Positions 10,701-22,900 of a DNA stretch of 64,000 nt are shown in pieces. A model generated the notes under the pieces. The model ran no database searches. It saw only the letters and a list, made by a program, of their open reading frames with translations, and was not told the DNA's origin. The position numbers and the translations under genes were made by a program. Within the stretch, counting starts at the first letter, position 1, and each line of letters begins with the position of its first letter. Origin of the DNA: Lama glama (lineage: Eukaryota); NCBI GenBank assembly GCA_028534125.1, contig CM052847.1:23126001-23190000 (forward strand). The letters are read 5' to 3'.

Positions 10701-13700
10701 AACAAATGTAAATTTATCAGGAAGCCCTGAACTTTTCGTGTTACGGTAAACAAATCCCAGAACAAAGATGGTTTTGTGTACTGTGTATTCACCGTGATTT
10801 TCCTGTAAAAATTGTGAATCTTCACCCACTTATTAAAAATTGCTTGATTAGTTGAAACAGAGAATGTGGAGTATTCTGTCTTCAGGTTGTTTCTGTGTGT
10901 TTATGGTTGTGCCTCTTCTATTAGCTGAGAAAGCCCCTCAGCCTCTGCTGAGCTGGGGCCGTGCTTGTAGAACTAAGGGAAACAAGATAGTTTCCAGTTT
11001 GTTTTAAATCCTGAGCCACTCCTTTTCTGCATAGTAACCCAATCTCAGAGCATGACACAGTTTATTTTTGGTGGGTTGTATTAATTTGGTTATCTAAGGC
11101 TGAATCCTTCCACTGTGTTGTGAATTAACTGTCCTTAGTTTCTGTGTAACGTGGAGTCGATCCAGAAGATGGACCTGCAGGCAGGACCTGTTGGCGAAAG
11201 TGTCAACATCGTTGCTTGTGACTTAGACTGACTTCCGTTTCTCTGAGAGAACCACACAGCCGGACATTTAGTCCTCGTTTCCCACTCTGTTCCCAGTTCA
11301 AGGCCCTCCTGGTCGCCCCTTCCAGTGGTGTTCTCACCTCGCCCTCCACCCTTTCCTCTGTTTTATGGTCTTTCTGACCCACAGACCCTCACTTTCTGGT
11401 GTGTGTGTGTGTGGGGGGTCCTGACTGCTCTGAATCTTTGGTTATTACCTGTGGAAAGGATTTTTTTTGAGCCAGACACCTCTACATCTCTGAATGAACC
11501 TTTAGTTGCTTAAATATCACCCATTCTGTGGATTGTCTGTGGAAACTTTTAATTGTTTTCTTATGGGGTTTGGCTGGCCTTCCTCCGCCCCACCAGTTAC
11601 CCCGCCTTGGTCACGTGCGCTCAAGCTCTGCATGCCTGTTTCAACACAGGTTATGTGCAAACTAACAGAGCTCTAGAAATGAGCAGCCACATGTTGCCAT
11701 GTAAGAATGTTTCCTGGAATTTGAGCGTGGATTGTTTCCGCTCCTGTGAGTGACCCTAGGATCCTGGCCTTTGTTCCGAAGCACCTCACGTTGGAGTGGA
11801 TGTGAGCAGTGAAGCTGATCACAGTATTCCCGTCACTCAGAGTGGATGACAAAGGCGCTTTCATCCGAACGGCAGCTGAAAGTTGGACGCGTTTGGTTTG
11901 GATGTTGGGTGACCTTTTTGAAAAAGGCGTCTGGCTTTCGTCATCCCTTGAAAGCTGTGCTTACGCTGTTTTCTGTTTTGCGCTTAGAATTCCTGCAGTT
12001 CCTAAAGGAGAGACTTGCTTGTTTAAGGGGGTAAATTACTTTACAGTAATAACGCTCTCTGGGGATTTAGATGGACTAGGTTTGCCATTTTTCTTGTTTA
12101 CTACTTAGTACCAAGTAGAGTGGAGTTTTAAATGGCTGAACGTGCCCCACCCCCTTGCTGGTGTGTGTTTAGGGGGAAGAGTGTGTGTGTAGATGGGAGC
12201 ATTCGCACATACGTCCAGCTAGCACAGTCACGTGCACCCGGGGACTCGGGAGGTTACTGGCCTGCAGTCTCCTCGCCACAGGGGTCCTCACACCCCAGTG
12301 ACTGGGCTTCCACAGGAGCCAGGGGTGTGGGGTGGGTGGACATCACCCACCGCAGGGCCGTCGCCCGCATCTCAGGTTCAGTGCATGTGGTGTGTCGTGT
12401 GCTGTGTGTGTGTGCGGAGGTCCCCGCAGGGGCACCGAGCTTGCGGGCGTCAGGCAGCGGCTGCGTTGGTTATTGGCTTCCAGCCCCTGCTCCTTTTCTG
12501 GGAACCCTCCTGCCCCTCTGCCCGGGTGCCAGGCCGCACTTAGGGTGGAGAGGGAAGTGTAAACGTCCTCCCCAGCTGCATGCTTGCTGTGATGCAGGTC
12601 TCTCGATGGGGAGCTGTAGATGGATTTTGGTGCCTGAGGTGGCCTGGCCTCACCCCCCAATCCTGGACCACCCGGGTGGCAGGGGCTCCTGTGACCATGA
12701 GAGGGTGTAAACTTTCCATGATCTAGGCTGTGACAGAAAGACTTTCTATTTTTTAAGATCAGAGACAATCTCTTCTGTTTCCTTTTAGGAATATCCATGC
12801 TTTACGTCTTAGGTTTCACTTTTTCTGGGTCAGAGCTAAAGTGTTGTCTCGAGGCATTGCTGCCCATGTGCTGTGTCATCTGTGGGTGGGGGTCTGTGGG
12901 CGGCCTCCTTGTGGCTGCTGGGCCTACGGTCCAGGCTGCAGGGTTCAGATGAGCAGTGCTGACTTGCAGGGATGAACGTTGGCCCCGACAGGTGGGGCTT
13001 CAGCTTAGAAATAGTTGGTGTGTGAACACTGAAGTCTCTAAAATGAAAAGGGCGGTTAGTGGTGTGGCCTCTGTCTTGGTCCCGAGTCTCGGAGGACGAT
13101 GGAGCAGCTGTGGCCAAACCTCCAGGCGTCGCCGCCCTCTGGGCCAGACCCCCGCCCCATGCCATCCCCTACTCCTCTCAGCCTCCCCTTCCTGAGGACA
13201 CCTTGCTGAGGCCTCTTTCTAAATGCCCGTGTGCTTCTCACTGGGATCAACACAAAGTAAAAGTGGATCCCAGTGCAGGTGTCAGCTACCTGCCTCGCAC
13301 CACAAAAGACCTCATTTTGTCGAATGTGATAACCAGACAGCGTCCTTCGTGAGAAACCTGCTTCCTGCAGAACCCCGTGCGCATCACAACCCCACCCCTG
13401 TCAGCAGGAAGTTTGACTTTGCCTGGGAGGAGTCTGGAAGCTGCTCCTGGGGCCTGTGTGGGGGGTGCTGGGGAGCATTTCCCCCTTGACACATTTCCAT
13501 ACGTATTTTTAAATGAAGAACCTCTGTATTCCAGGAGAATGAAAATTGTGATTTATGGTATAACATCTGCTGAAGTAATAATGGAATTGTTGGCAGTATA
13601 AACCAAAACAATAGTTGATCACTAGGAACGAAGTGCAACTTTCCTAGTTGCACAAATTTCCAAACAAATTTCCTTCTTCCCACGAGGAAGGTGACTGAAG

Positions 13701-16239
13701 CAGCCCCTGCTCCTTCCCACCTGTTTCCGCTTGGTGTCCTTTCCTGCAGTCCTGGGGCCGAGCCCCCGGCTGCCTGCAGCATGGGAGCGCAGTGCTTCCT
13801 GGGCGGGCGCGCCTGGGGTGCAGTTCCTGGGGGGCTCCCCTTGTCTGGTCCCCTAGCTCTGACCGTGTGCCTCAGCCCCAGCACCTTTTCCCAGCCCCCA
13901 ACACCAGTTGGCTGGTGTCCTGGCACCTGAGGCTGGCAACTGCCTGCAGGAGGCCTGTTCGGCCAGTGACTGTCACTACCTCTCAGACTTGCACAGGTGT
14001 GGCAAGCCGTCAGCCACTGTGCTGACGTCCAGGCCGTGTTTTACCGCTTGTTTACTCCCTCCTGCAGGAAGCTGGCATTCACTATGGTCACCGGGGAGCT
14101 TGAGTCTGGCCCCAGCTCCTACATCGGATGGCGGTCAGTGCTGGGGGCAGGGGCGTGGGTCCCCAGGCAAGTGCAGTGCCGGCTGGTGGGGCCTCGCCCA
14201 CCTACTTGAAACTAGTCATACGTTTCTTGGTACAAGATTATCAGAGTGGAAGGAAAAGAAGTAGGTGGCAGGCAATTCTAGTTGAGTCTTGACTCTGCAA
14301 GCATTTGGGGGCAAGTAATGGTGTCCTGGCTTTATTTTCAACTTTCCTGGTAGGTACGGTGGGATTCAGTGTTTGTAGACGGCTGATTTGCAGGACACTG
14401 AAATCTGAAATTGCGTTATGTGAACTTTTATCTCAAATGTGTATCACCCCCCAAACCCCATTAGTGCAGAGGGGGAGGTGCTGAGAGCTGGGCAGCCCTC
14501 CTCCGTCACAGGTGCACGACCGTGGCAGGGCTGGGAAAGCGGAGGTGGAGCCCGAGCCTCCGCATGGGGAGGAAGGGGCTTCCGTGTGGGACCCCTGACT
14601 GCTCACCTGTCCCAGCAGGTTGTTCAGGGCGCCGAGTCCGGGGTGAGGGCCGTGGCCTGTCCCGGCGTCACATCCTGGAGGGGAGAAGCTCATTCTTGCT
14701 TTACTTTGCTCTCCCCTGGTGCCACCTGGCTCCCGTGGTGAGGGGTTTCCAGGGAAGCGGTGTGAGGACCTTGCTCAGGGCTGTTTCCCAGGGGGGTGGG
14801 CAGGGGCGACGCCCATCTTCCCAGACCTTGTCACGGGTGGTCAGAACGGTCAAAACATAGATCTCACAGACTTTTCAGAGAAAACCCAGAATCTTCTGAA
14901 TGACTATGTATGTCTTTCTTCTGAAAAGCTTACTTGGTTCCTCTCATGTGAAGTTTTCTGAAACTGTTAAAAATGACCGTTTTCCCTTCTAGGTGATACC
15001 ACTAGTGGACTTGTGCAACTAAAAATACTGTTCTAGGTTGCGTAGTTACTATCTACCCCCTTCCCTTTTTTCTTCCTGGAAAAAGGTACCATTTAGTTAT
15101 AGAATGAAGTTAGTAACGAAATAAAGGGCACAGATAAGCAACATTAAAAAACACAGTTAAAATATATACACATACTTTATATGTCTTCAAAAGAAAAAAA
15201 CGTAAAAGAAAAAGATTGAGGGAACCCACTGGTCCAGAAATGTAACGAAGATTTTCTTTTGTATCCAGGAAACCTAAGTCTTCAAAGCTCTGTGTTTACT
15301 TTTTCAAGGTCAACTTCCAGCCACGTCTGTCTTCACCAGCCCCAGGGTAAAACGTGTATGTGCTAGAAAGATGATTTTGGCATTTGCCAGCCATAATTCA
15401 ACAGATATTTTCTCATTAATTGATAACTTAAAGTATCACAGTTATAAAAACTTGCTAACATACTTCTCTGAGTTTTATTACTGTGTGTTTCTCTGTGAGA
15501 ACTGACTTTTCTGCTACCCTGAGCTATAATGTGTTGAATTAGGACTTGTAATTCTTTCTGCCTTAACTTTTATGAAAATATGCCCTATATATTTTCAGAT
15601 ATATGTTTGGTACAGTTTAAAATGCTTGATACATTATGACTTTAAAACATCACAAATATTATTTTAGAATATAAATTAACATTTTAAAGTTATTAGTAGC
15701 ACTATAAAATTGGGACAAAGATTTGAAAAACAATCTGTGAACTTACAGTTCAAAGTAGTATGGATACATTTTATTTCTCCATACCATTTTAAAGTTAATC
15801 GGGCCAGAAGTGTAACAATGATGAAACAGTGTTGATGCCCTTGGTTTATAACAAGGTTTCACATGTATCATATTGTTTTATTGCAGGGCTCATTAACCAC
15901 ATGAAGCAGGTTTTTGTTTTTTTCTAAACAAAAGCAGGGTTCGAGGTTAAACATCTGGCCCAGGTCTGGTGGTGACAGTGGGTGGGGACCCACACCCAGG
16001 ACTGCCAGCTGGGTAATTGCCAGTCAAAAACTCACAAAAGTTCAGTGGACCTCCCCAGACCAGTCCTTTTCTCCCTCCTGGAGCAAAATAAAATTGCTAG
16101 GGTCTTATATTGTGCGTTATAAAAGCTTGTCTCTTGCAAGTACCATACTTTGTTTTTTAAAAAAAGTTGGTGGTGGGGCAGAAGAAAGCTTGTATGGTAA
16201 GATGCCTCTGAATTGAACGATGTTGAAAACGTAAAAACT

Positions 16240-16634
16240 TAATTCTTTCTACTTTGGTTGTTAACCCCTTGTCAGGCAAGAGGGTTGCAGGTGCGTGCCC
16301 CTGCTCTGCAGGGTGCCTTTCCAGTGCGTAGACGGTTTTCCTTTGCTGCGCAGGGGCTCTTCGGTCGCCGTATTCCCGCTGGAGTTTGGCTTATTGCCTG
16401 TGCCTTTGGTGTCTTATCCAAGAAACCACTGCCAAGACCTAGGCCAGGGATCTTTTTTTTCTATGTTTCTTTTAGGAGATTTATACTTTGGGCCTCACAT
16501 TTAGATCAATAATCCATTTCAAGGTAGTTTTCGTGGGTGCTGCAAGGTGGGGTCCAGTTCCATTCTTCTGCTTGTAGTTTCCCAGTTTTCCAAATACTGC
16601 TTATAGAAGAAGCCATTCTTTCCCCATTGTATTC
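16240..16634 (-). mobile_element. L1 ORF2 fragment, inverted 5' segment of a twin-primed insertion
   Basis: Antisense L1 motifs: ttaaccccttgtcag, gcctttggtgtcttatccaagaaaccactgccaagacc, gtccagttccattcttctgc, tttccccattgtattc. Confidence 0.85.
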
Positions 16635-17620
16635 ATAGAACTCAAGAGCAAAAAAGCAAATAAGCCGATTGAAAAATGGGCAAGAGACCTGAACAGACAT
16701 TTTTCCGCCCAAAGAAAACCTACAAATGGCCAACAGGTACTCGAAGAGGTGCTCAGCATCACTAATCATCAGGGAGACGCGGGTCAAAACCACAGTGAGA
16801 CACCACTGCACACCTGCCAGAATGGCTGTTTTCAAAAAGACAAGCGATAACATGTTGGTCAGCATGTGGAGAGAAGGGAGCCCTTGTGTGAACTGTTGGT
16901 GGGAATGTAAATTGGTGCAGCCGCTGTGGAAAACAGTATGGAGGTTCCTTAAAAATTAAAACTAGAACCATCCTGTGACCCCACAATCCCACTCCTGGGT
17001 ATGTAGCTGAAGAAAATGAAAACACGAACTTGAAAAATAAAATCCCCAAAACACTAACTTGAAAAGATACCTTCACCCTCGTGCTCATAGCAGCATTATC
17101 TGTAACAGCCCAGATGTGGACGCAACCTAAGTGTCCTTCAGCAGACGACTGGGCAGAGAAGCCGCAGTGTGTGTGCGACGGAGTACAGCCCCTGCCACTT
17201 GCGACGACGTGGGCGGACCTTGAGGGCATTATGCTAAGCGAAATTAGCCAAAGATAAATACTGCATGGTATCTTTTATATGTGAAAACTTAAAAAAAAGA
17301 AAAGAGCTGATTTCATAAAAACAAAGTGGAATGGTGGTTGCTGAGGGAGATGGGGAGGTGCTGGTCAGAGACAGCGGCCTTCTGGGGTGGGATGAACAGG
17401 GGCCTGGCGTGCAGCGTGGCGGCTGTACCTGGAAGTTTCTGAGAGCGGTCTTTGGCGTTCTCAGCACCAGGCCCAGAGTTAACAGTGTGAGACGCTGAGC
17501 GTGTTAATTATCTTGATCTTGGTGGTCACTCCACAGCGTATGTGTATGACAAGTCATCACGTTGTGCAGATTAAATATATGCAATTATATTTGTCAGTTA
17601 TGCCTCAATAAAGTTGGGGA
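16635..17620 (+). mobile_element. L1 (L1MA/L1MB-like), ORF2 C-terminus and 3' UTR, sense orientation
   Basis: ORF 16726-16959 (MANRYSKRCSASLIIRE...CWWECKLVQPLWKTVWRFLK) is a degenerate L1 ORF2 C-terminus. The 3' UTR ends gtcagttatgcctcAATAAAgttgggg (AATAAA at 17607-17612). Confidence 0.92.
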
Positions 17621-17636
17621 ACGTGACCCTTTAGAT

Positions 17637-17805
17637 CAGGTTTCTCAGCCTTGGCACGGCTGACGTCTTGGGCCTGAAGTTCCTTGTGTGGGGCCGTCCT
17701 TGTGTCGTGAGATGTTTGGTGTCGTCTCCGCCTCTGCCCAGTGGCTCATCAGCAACCTACCCAGCACATCGCCCCGGTCAAGGGTCCCCGCTCCCCGCGG
17801 CCTGC
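17637..17805 (-). mobile_element. MER20-like hAT-Charlie DNA transposon fragment
   Basis: caggtttctcagccttggcacggctgacgtcttgggcctgaagttccttgtgtgggg resembles the reverse complement of the MER20 terminus as recalled. Confidence 0.7.
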
Positions 17806-18899
17806 TTAGATATGCAGGTGTGCGTTAGTTGTTTAATAATGGTTTCTGGTTTTTGAAAATCTAATTTCATTTTTCTAGAATTACAGCAAAAACTCAGCCC
17901 ATGCAGGGCAGTGGGGGGCTCACCCCAAAGTTCCCATCAGACCACGCTTGTCCCTTGGAGAGCATGCCGCCTAGTGGTGATCACCGCCATGCCCCCAGTA
18001 GGGTTCAGGGTGTTTAAAGTCTGCCCTAGACGGTAGAAGCCCACTTGTCTGATGTGAGCAGAGTCCCTTTGCTGAGGTAACCCAAGAGGCCTTAACTCAG
18101 ACTCCAGGATGGTACGTGGACGCCTCAGCTCAGAGCAGAGACGTGGGGTCCCGTCCTTGGACGTCGGGCAGGTGCCTCTGAGCAGCTGCCCTGGTTTGGG
18201 TGACTTTCCTGCGTGACCGTGGCTGTGACAGTGCCTCTTGCTGCCGGCGTGATTTCTCTGAAAGAACAAGCAAATGTTTGAGAGACAATCTCACTTTAGA
18301 GTCTTAGCTTTAAAACGTTTATTAGTTCCCATAGTATTTTTATCATTGTTTTGCCCACACCTAATTTGAAGGCAACTTCTTGTTTGTTTTCTATATCAAG
18401 TCTTTGCAAGTCGCCCCACTTAGATTTCATGGAATCAGCCACTCTTTTCTCAGAGCCCTATTTTATTGGGTGACGTGACCTGTAGTTACAGATTAGGAGC
18501 AGATGCACCTGTTCCACGGTCTGCGGCCACTCAGCTACTGTGATGTGAGTGGGAGGCCCCGTGGCTGTGGCCTGGGGGGGCCTGTGGCCGGGATGGGGGG
18601 ATGCAGCTCATGGCAGGGCTGAGCTGGTCATGGCAGGCTCTTTGCACTCGTGGTCCTGAGCTCTTGTTTCGTGGCTGTTCACTGTTTCTCGCAATGTCAC
18701 AAAATTATCAGAAGAGGTATTTTAAAGAGCAATGTTCACCTAAAATGTAAGAGTTTCAGGTGTTCCATGCAGCACTTGTAGAGAGACCTGAGGGCCTAGG
18801 AGTGAATGCAGGTGTGGTGCATACAGCCTGGCAGGGGCGCCAGAATGTGAAGTCCTCAGCTGTCGGGTTCCTGGGAGCCAGGAAGGGTCCTGCGGAGTC

Positions 18900-19900
18900 C
18901 CAGCTGATCCAGCTGCACGTGTGACGGGTGAGCACAGGGGACTGGGAGAGGGGGCGTGGGAACACGTGAGCTGAAGAGGAGGGAGCAGAGGGAGGCAGGA
19001 AGAGACTGGAGTTTAGGAGCAGAGGTCGGTGGTCTTGTGGGAAACAGTGCGGGAGGTGGTGACGAGTTCAGCTTGGACATGACTTTGAGACTCTGATACC
19101 ACATGAGCAGAGAGGCTGGGAACTTTGGGGGACATCTGCCTGGGGTGGTCCGGGTGACGCTGACACAGGACTTCAGGCAGGTGGCTGGAGTGGATGAACA
19201 GTGGTGGAAGGTGAGGGGCCGAGGAGGTGCCCGTCTGGATGTTTAGAAGGGGAGTCGGGCACGGGGAGGTGCCGGGTGGGGCAGCGGATTCATGAGAAGA
19301 GCAATCAGGTTGGAGGGGGCAGTCTGAGGGTGACGGCACCTCCGGGGGGAAGAGGCTGGTGGGGGCCGAGGTGCCTGCGGACAGATGCGGTCTCCCCGGC
19401 TGTGGATGGTTGTCTGTGTCCAGGGTCGCAGTGACCGCGTCACACGGAACTGAGGACTGGCTGGGCTTCTCGGGACCGTGCTGTTGGCTGGGTTTGCGCT
19501 CGGTGGCCGAGTCTTCTGTTGGTGTCCCCGGAGCAGCCCAGTGCCCTCGCAACGCCTGCTCTTGGCAGTCCTGCCGGCTCTGCCTTCGGAAGGAGGCAGC
19601 AGAGATCTGCAGTTCCCTTGGGATGTGATCCCAAGTCATCGGTGTCCGTTTCCGGGGCAGCAGCGTCACAGGGAGGGTGCACCTGGTGCCCTGCCCTGCT
19701 TGTCCCCTCCTCTCTGCTGACGGGACACATGGGCGTTAGCGGGTGATGCCCCGGACGAGAAGTGGAGGACGAGGTGCAGGGAGGGCGGGAGCTGACCCCG
19801 GGGGGACGAGGGGGCCGTGACCCCTGGCCCAGGGGGAGAAATGTGCAGTTTTCACGGTGGGGACAGGTCCTCAGGGAAAGGCGAGTCATGGACTCTTCGC
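18900..19900 (-). mobile_element. Probable degenerate L2 relic
   Basis: Purine-rich tract with an L2-antisense-like motif, gagttcagcttggacatgactttgaga; boundaries vague. Confidence 0.4.
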
Positions 19901-22900
19901 CGAGTTATTTAAATACTGTGACTGTGGCCGTGATTGTCATCACTGTATGGGAACTGGGGTGAATGTGGCTGAAGAAAGGAAAAAGGCTTGGGATAAATTC
20001 AGGATATAGCTTCTCTTCTTCTGGTTCTGGGGTTTTGCCTGAAATGCCACTTTTATTTTTGGTTGGGTGCTTTTTAGCACTTGTGTTACAGCATTTGGAA
20101 CACTATTTTTGCGACTTGTTCGCTGTGAGGTGTGTAAAATTAGATTCCTAGAAATCGGGCTGTGGCGCCTCTTCCACACTGCGTGGGTGGTGTCTGTGCA
20201 CCCGGGGGTGACCCTGGCCACGCTCATGTCTGCAGGACGCCTGACCCTTGCCGTGTCCTCCAGGTGCGGGCTCGCCAGCTCTTTGCAGCCTGTGTCCTGC
20301 CCCAGCTCTCCGGCTCTCGTGTCCCGTCTGTGGAGCAGACCTGCATTTACGGGTTACCTGCTTCCTCTTCCTCTGCCTGTGATTCTTCCATGTCCCTTGG
20401 CCACAGCTGCATGAGAAAGAACATGGTGACCCAGGAACATGGAGTCTTCATTCAGACACCGAGGTCCAAGCCGAATGACGTTCCGGCCGCATCTGTGCTT
20501 TCTGGCTCGCGGGACCAGGCCTTGCTCTCTGGCTCACTCTGCTGTGGTTTTATTTCTCAAGGCTCGCTCTTTGCCTTCAGTTTTGACAACTGTGATTTCG
20601 TTTCCCCGATGATGAAAGGGTGGTGAGAAGGGTGTGGAGAGGAGGGGCAGGAAGGCAGGGGCAGCTCGTGGTCTAGGGAGGAGGCGCTCTCTCAAACAGA
20701 GGACACCTGAGTGGATCAGACCTCGGCATCCTGCGAACAGGTGGCAGCAGGTGGCCCTGTGCTCCCCATGTGGCTGGTCGCCCGGGGACGGGACAGCGAG
20801 CACGTTTGGTCTGAGGCTGGAATCTCCCCTCTGGGAGTCTGAGCGTGATCAGCAGAATTATCTCAATTTGAGTTTCAGAACACGGAGGGGGCGGCTCGGG
20901 AGGCCTCGTCAATCCAGAGGGGAAGCTGCAGCCAGGCGGGCTTGTTAAGTCTCAAGAAGGTGCATTTGGGGGAGTGGGCCAGTGCTTATGGGAGTGAAGG
21001 GCTGGGACTCCTAAGTATGTGAATGTGTGTGTGTGGGGTGTGTGTGTAGTGTGTACACACACATGTGGGCAGGCATGTGTGGATCTGTCGGTGAGGCCCT
21101 CTCTGGGGCACATCACTGGACAGCCTCTCCCCGGCCCTGCAGCCCCCTCTCCAAGAACTGGAAGTGTTTGTGTCACTTAAAGGCCAGTGGTTTCATTTTA
21201 ACAAAAGCAGAAATATATTGGGAACCCCCACACCAGCCCCGACTCGGGGCACAGGGCCCTCTGGACATTCCCCCCTGAGTGGTTGTGCCTGCCCAGCTGC
21301 CTGGAAGGGGTTTCCGATTGTCTGGTCCTTCCTCCCCTCTCGCCTCTGGTTGTCCTTTCAGGGAAGCCCTTTGCTGTTGGAGATGCGCCAGTTAGCACGT
21401 GATCAGTGGTGACGTCGGGGGCGCTCAGCTCCGCTGGCCTTCGGGCTGCAGGATATGTTCTCTGGCTGCCACACGGGGACTGCCGTTGTCCCTGGCTGGT
21501 CCCTTGGCTGTGGCTCCTTCACTGGACACTGGCCGGAGCCCTCCTTGGACAGAGCAAGTGGGACGGCCCGCGAGGATCGTGAGACGTGCAGCTGGCGGCC
21601 GTGACCCTGTCTGAAGAGACCCGCCTGCCGGTGTCCGCGGGCCCAGACACACTGGCCGGGCCCTTCCGGGGGCAGCCAGGACCCTCTCCTCTGAGCCATT
21701 TCTGGTGTTGCCCTTTCTCAAGTCCTTCGCAAAGAGAACTTTGATTTCTCAGGCTTAAGAATTAATCAAAGAACAGTTTAATGTCCTTTTTGAGTTGCTG
21801 GCCTTGCTGGGAACACTGTCCAGGTAGACTGTTACAACTGCGTCCCCATCCTGGTGTAAGACTCTCATCCAAAGAAATAATCTCTTGGCACTTCTGAGCC
21901 AGGGAGTTCAGTGATGGGGAGAACTGTGACTCACGACGACTCTAGCAAGCTTGAGCGTCGGCTGTGACACAACTGATGTGCAAGGCCCGTTGTGACTGAG
22001 GGGCGGGGAGTGGATATGCTTTACCTTAAATCCCACGTGTCCCCCAGAGGCCCCCCTCCCCAAGTCCTCTCAGGTCACAGAATGGACTCGAGTTTTCCGT
22101 GACTTTTGGCATCTGTCTGGCATCCAGGGCGGCTCTCGGCACCCCAGTCTTGCTTGCTCATCTCGGGGTTTCTTTGGGGTTCTGTGCAGCTCTCTTTGTA
22201 GGAAGCCCTGTTGCTTCTGCAGGGCCTGGGAGGAAGCCGGATCAGGAGAGGAAGTGGCTGGGGCCCCGTGGAATTCCTGGGGCCTTTGGCTTAAGGGATG
22301 TACTTCAGTCCAGAGCTCGACCTGACACCCCATCTTGGTGCCCCCAATAAAAACATTGAATGCATCTTCTTCCCTCTTTCCTCAGGTGTCTCTCGCAGGT
22401 TGTACACATTACCTTGCTTGTCTGTTAACTAGTCAGTAGGGAGGCTCCTGCCACGGTGGTTGGCCGACAGGTCTCAAAGCACCATCCTTGAAACACCATG
22501 GATGCGACCAGGGCACCTCTCAGGCTGTGGCACTGGGGGTGTGTGCACAGGGAGGCAGGCCGGGGAGGACGGGAGGCCCAGATGTAGGGAAATGTGCCCC
22601 TTTCTGGTGCCCCCGGGGAGAGTGGGCTGCCCGGTGCGGCTGGAGGGAGCTCAGGGGTGGGTCTCCTGAGCTCCAGGCACCGAGAGCTCGCCAGAAGGGG
22701 AAGAACCGTGGGGTCACGGAGGGAGGGCCTCTGCCCCTTCTCCTCTGCGTGGCCGAGGCCCAGGGAGATGGCGTCGCACCTGCTGGGGTCAGAGGGGACC
22801 TGGGATCTCCGATGTGCATCAGCGAGGGACCCTCCATCAGTAACCAGATGTGACTTGTGGCCGACGCAGTCCCGGCCGAGCCAGCTGGGGTAAGCCTGCG

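Noticed and set aside
16506-17467. Minus-strand ORFs (119, 155 and 77 aa), and likewise 40999-41675, as genes
   Set aside because: They are antisense translations of L1 ORF2/3' UTR remnants.
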